Shown piece by piece: positions 5,565-6,997 of a stretch of 6,997 nucleotides of DNA; position 1 is the first letter of the stretch, and every line of letters begins with the position of its first letter. The position numbers and the translations under genes were made by a program. The DNA is from Okeania sp. (GTDB taxonomy: Bacteria; Cyanobacteriota; Cyanobacteriia; Cyanobacteriales; Microcoleaceae), in NCBI RefSeq assembly GCF_035285525.1, contig NZ_JAYKGW010000260.1, forward strand, positions 1 to 6,997. Direction: 5' to 3'. The notes below the pieces were generated by a model. That model saw only the letters and a list, made by a program, of their open reading frames with translations, was not told the origin of the DNA and ran no database searches.

Positions 5565-6781
5565 TTAGCGTACTTTAAAAAATCTATCTGAGATTCCCTA
5601 ATACCTGTTGCAGTAATATATTTAAACCACTCCAACTTTAAACCTAACTCCTCTGCCAAATTTTCAACTAATTTTTTTTCTAGAAGAATATCTTCTTGAG
5701 GTTGCATCCCATAAAATCCAAAAAGTCTCTTGATTTGAACAATTAAGATTACATAACCACCACGAATCAAACTTTCTTGAAAGATTTTATGATAAGTTTC
5801 AAAAGACTTTCTCTTCTCTTCTGGTTTTGCAAACAAACAGTGAGAAATAACTATAAAATCAAAGAAACCTTGTGGTAAAACTTTCGACTTCTTGTTATAT
5901 GTAAAAATATCTGTTGTATCAAACCGAAAATACAAATTAGTAGGTATTCTTTGCTTTTCAATATATTGTCGCCAAAACTGAAGACCTCGATACTGAAAAT
6001 GAGCTTGTTTTTCCAGAGAATAATAACAAATGTGCATGGGAGGAGCAGTAAAAAAGCTACTACTACTTTGCAGAAATAAGGCTAATCCACAAGCAACTGT
6101 TCCCGGTCCTGCACCTATATCAAGAATGTTAAGTTTAGTAGGTAATAATCCAGATTTATATATTAAAAACCAGACTAAATAACTACAATAAATATGTTCT
6201 GGAAAATATTTCATCATATAGACATGAGCACTAAGTTCATAACCGTAATCAGGATCAATATTACTCTTTAATAACTGTAAGTCTTTAATTGCTGCTGCCA
6301 AATCTGATGCTCGTTTTTTTTCAGTTCTTCTTTCTAGTTCAGATTTAATATACTCTGCCAAACTTGATTCAAAATCATCAAATATTGTTTCATCTATTCC
6401 AGTACATTGCCATAAATTTTCATCTTTTTCAGTTAACTTAAATTTATTAGTAACAAACTCAATAAATTTTGGTTCTGGAGTCAATATATAATCATCAAGT
6501 CGCCTAATTACTGGTTCATCAAAATCAATCTTTAACTCTAATTCATCTAACTTATCAACAGCTTGTTTCAGCTTTTGACTTAAACTTCTAATTTCTCGAT
6601 CTTTATCATTTAAAGTTTCCTGAAAATTCAGCTTATCTTGATATAACTTCTCCACAGGAGATAATTTTGCTCCCGAATTTTTAATAGTTTTTAGTATCTG
6701 GTTTGCCAGAGAAATACTTCCTTTTTTTAAAGCAAACCAAAATTTGAGAGAACGCCAAAAATTTGTAATTTTATTATTCAT
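5453..6781 (-). CDS. Class I SAM-dependent methyltransferase, Rsm22-like core with long N-terminal coiled-coil extension
   Basis: 442-aa ORF. SAM motif I is DIGAGPGT (aa 221-228, nt 6098-6121), preceded by the Rsm22-style AHVYMMKYFPEHIY...LLPTKLNIL lead-in. Later blocks YYSLEKQ and FDFIVISHCLF fit the class I fold. The N-terminal ~175 aa are charged and heptad-like (KLKQAVDKLDELELKI). AGGGGAAG lies 7 nt upstream of the ATG. The family call comes from motif recognition only. Confidence 0.6.
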   Translation of the reverse strand: MNNKITNFWRSLKFWFALKKGSISLANQILKTIKNSGAKLSPVEKLYQDKLNFQETLNDKDREIRSLSQKLKQAVDKLDELELKIDFDEPVIRRLDDYILTPEPKFIEFVTNKFKLTEKDENLWQCTGIDETIFDDFESSLAEYIKSELERRTEKKRASDLAAAIKDLQLLKSNIDPDYGYELSAHVYMMKYFPEHIYCSYLVWFLIYKSGLLPTKLNILDIGAGPGTVACGLALFLQSSSSFFTAPPMHICYYSLEKQAHFQYRGLQFWRQYIEKQRIPTNLYFRFDTTDIFTYNKKSKVLPQGFFDFIVISHCLFAKPEEKRKSFETYHKIFQESLIRGGYVILIVQIKRLFGFYGMQPQEDILLEKKLVENLAEELGLKLEWFKYITATGIRESQIDFLKYANENLPTQKFITPLKRKYLKLNYNSHYAIDDYIIIAKR

Positions 6782-6997
6782 AAGTAAACTTCCCCTGAAG
6801 TTGTTTGATTTCTGAGTTACTTAATATTTATATTAACTTATCTAGTTCCTAGATGATAATTTCCCTGTAATTAAATTCTTAATTTCTCTATTATCTGTCA
6901 TTTAAAGATTCCGGAAACTTGAGACGATCTTGATATAACCTCTCTCAAACAAGAAAGTAAGAGAACACGACTGAACTACATTAACTGCTTTAGTTAT

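Noticed and set aside
6902-6997. Open minus-strand frame entering from the right edge (…FERGYIKIVSSFRNL*, 31 codons)
   Set aside because: It could be the 3' end of an upstream co-directional gene. However, a 31-codon open frame is not improbable by chance in this composition, and the peptide has no recognisable motif.

Overview
AT-rich (about 30% G+C by eye) chromosomal segment, probably cyanobacterial: it has one HIP1 octamer (GCGATCGC) and fitting gene content. There are five convincing CDSs, all on the minus strand: a YjbQ/UPF0047 protein, an MDR-family NAD(P)H:quinone oxidoreductase, a two-Gate-domain (SpmA/SpmB-like) membrane protein, a 6TM voltage-gated-type K+ channel, and a 442-aa coiled-coil plus Rsm22-like class I SAM methyltransferase. 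The stand-out is the 1.26-kb ORF-free gap between the methyltransferase and the channel gene (4189-5452). It holds a hierarchical tandem array of five paralogous units (about 4422-5564) that I cannot assign to any known RNA family, IS or CRISPR type. Sub-units recur at 216 bp and a super-unit recurs at exactly 650 bp without indels. Each unit carries two conserved stem-loops, one with a GAAA tetraloop, that show pair-preserving substitutions between copies, then a T6 run. The four long copies also contain the last 12 codons and stop codon of the methyltransferase gene, and one upstream copy holds an orphan 36-codon duplicate of that gene's 3' end. My main hypothesis is a tandem structured-RNA (or MITE-like) array physically coupled to the methyltransferase 3' end. 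The transcribed strand and the function cannot be settled from sequence alone. Lesser points are a perfect 3 x 9 bp repeat encoding the channel's S4 gating charges and a 12-nt motif shared by the 5' ends of two genes. Repeat boundaries were placed by hand and may be off by a few nt. Identity counts are hand counts.
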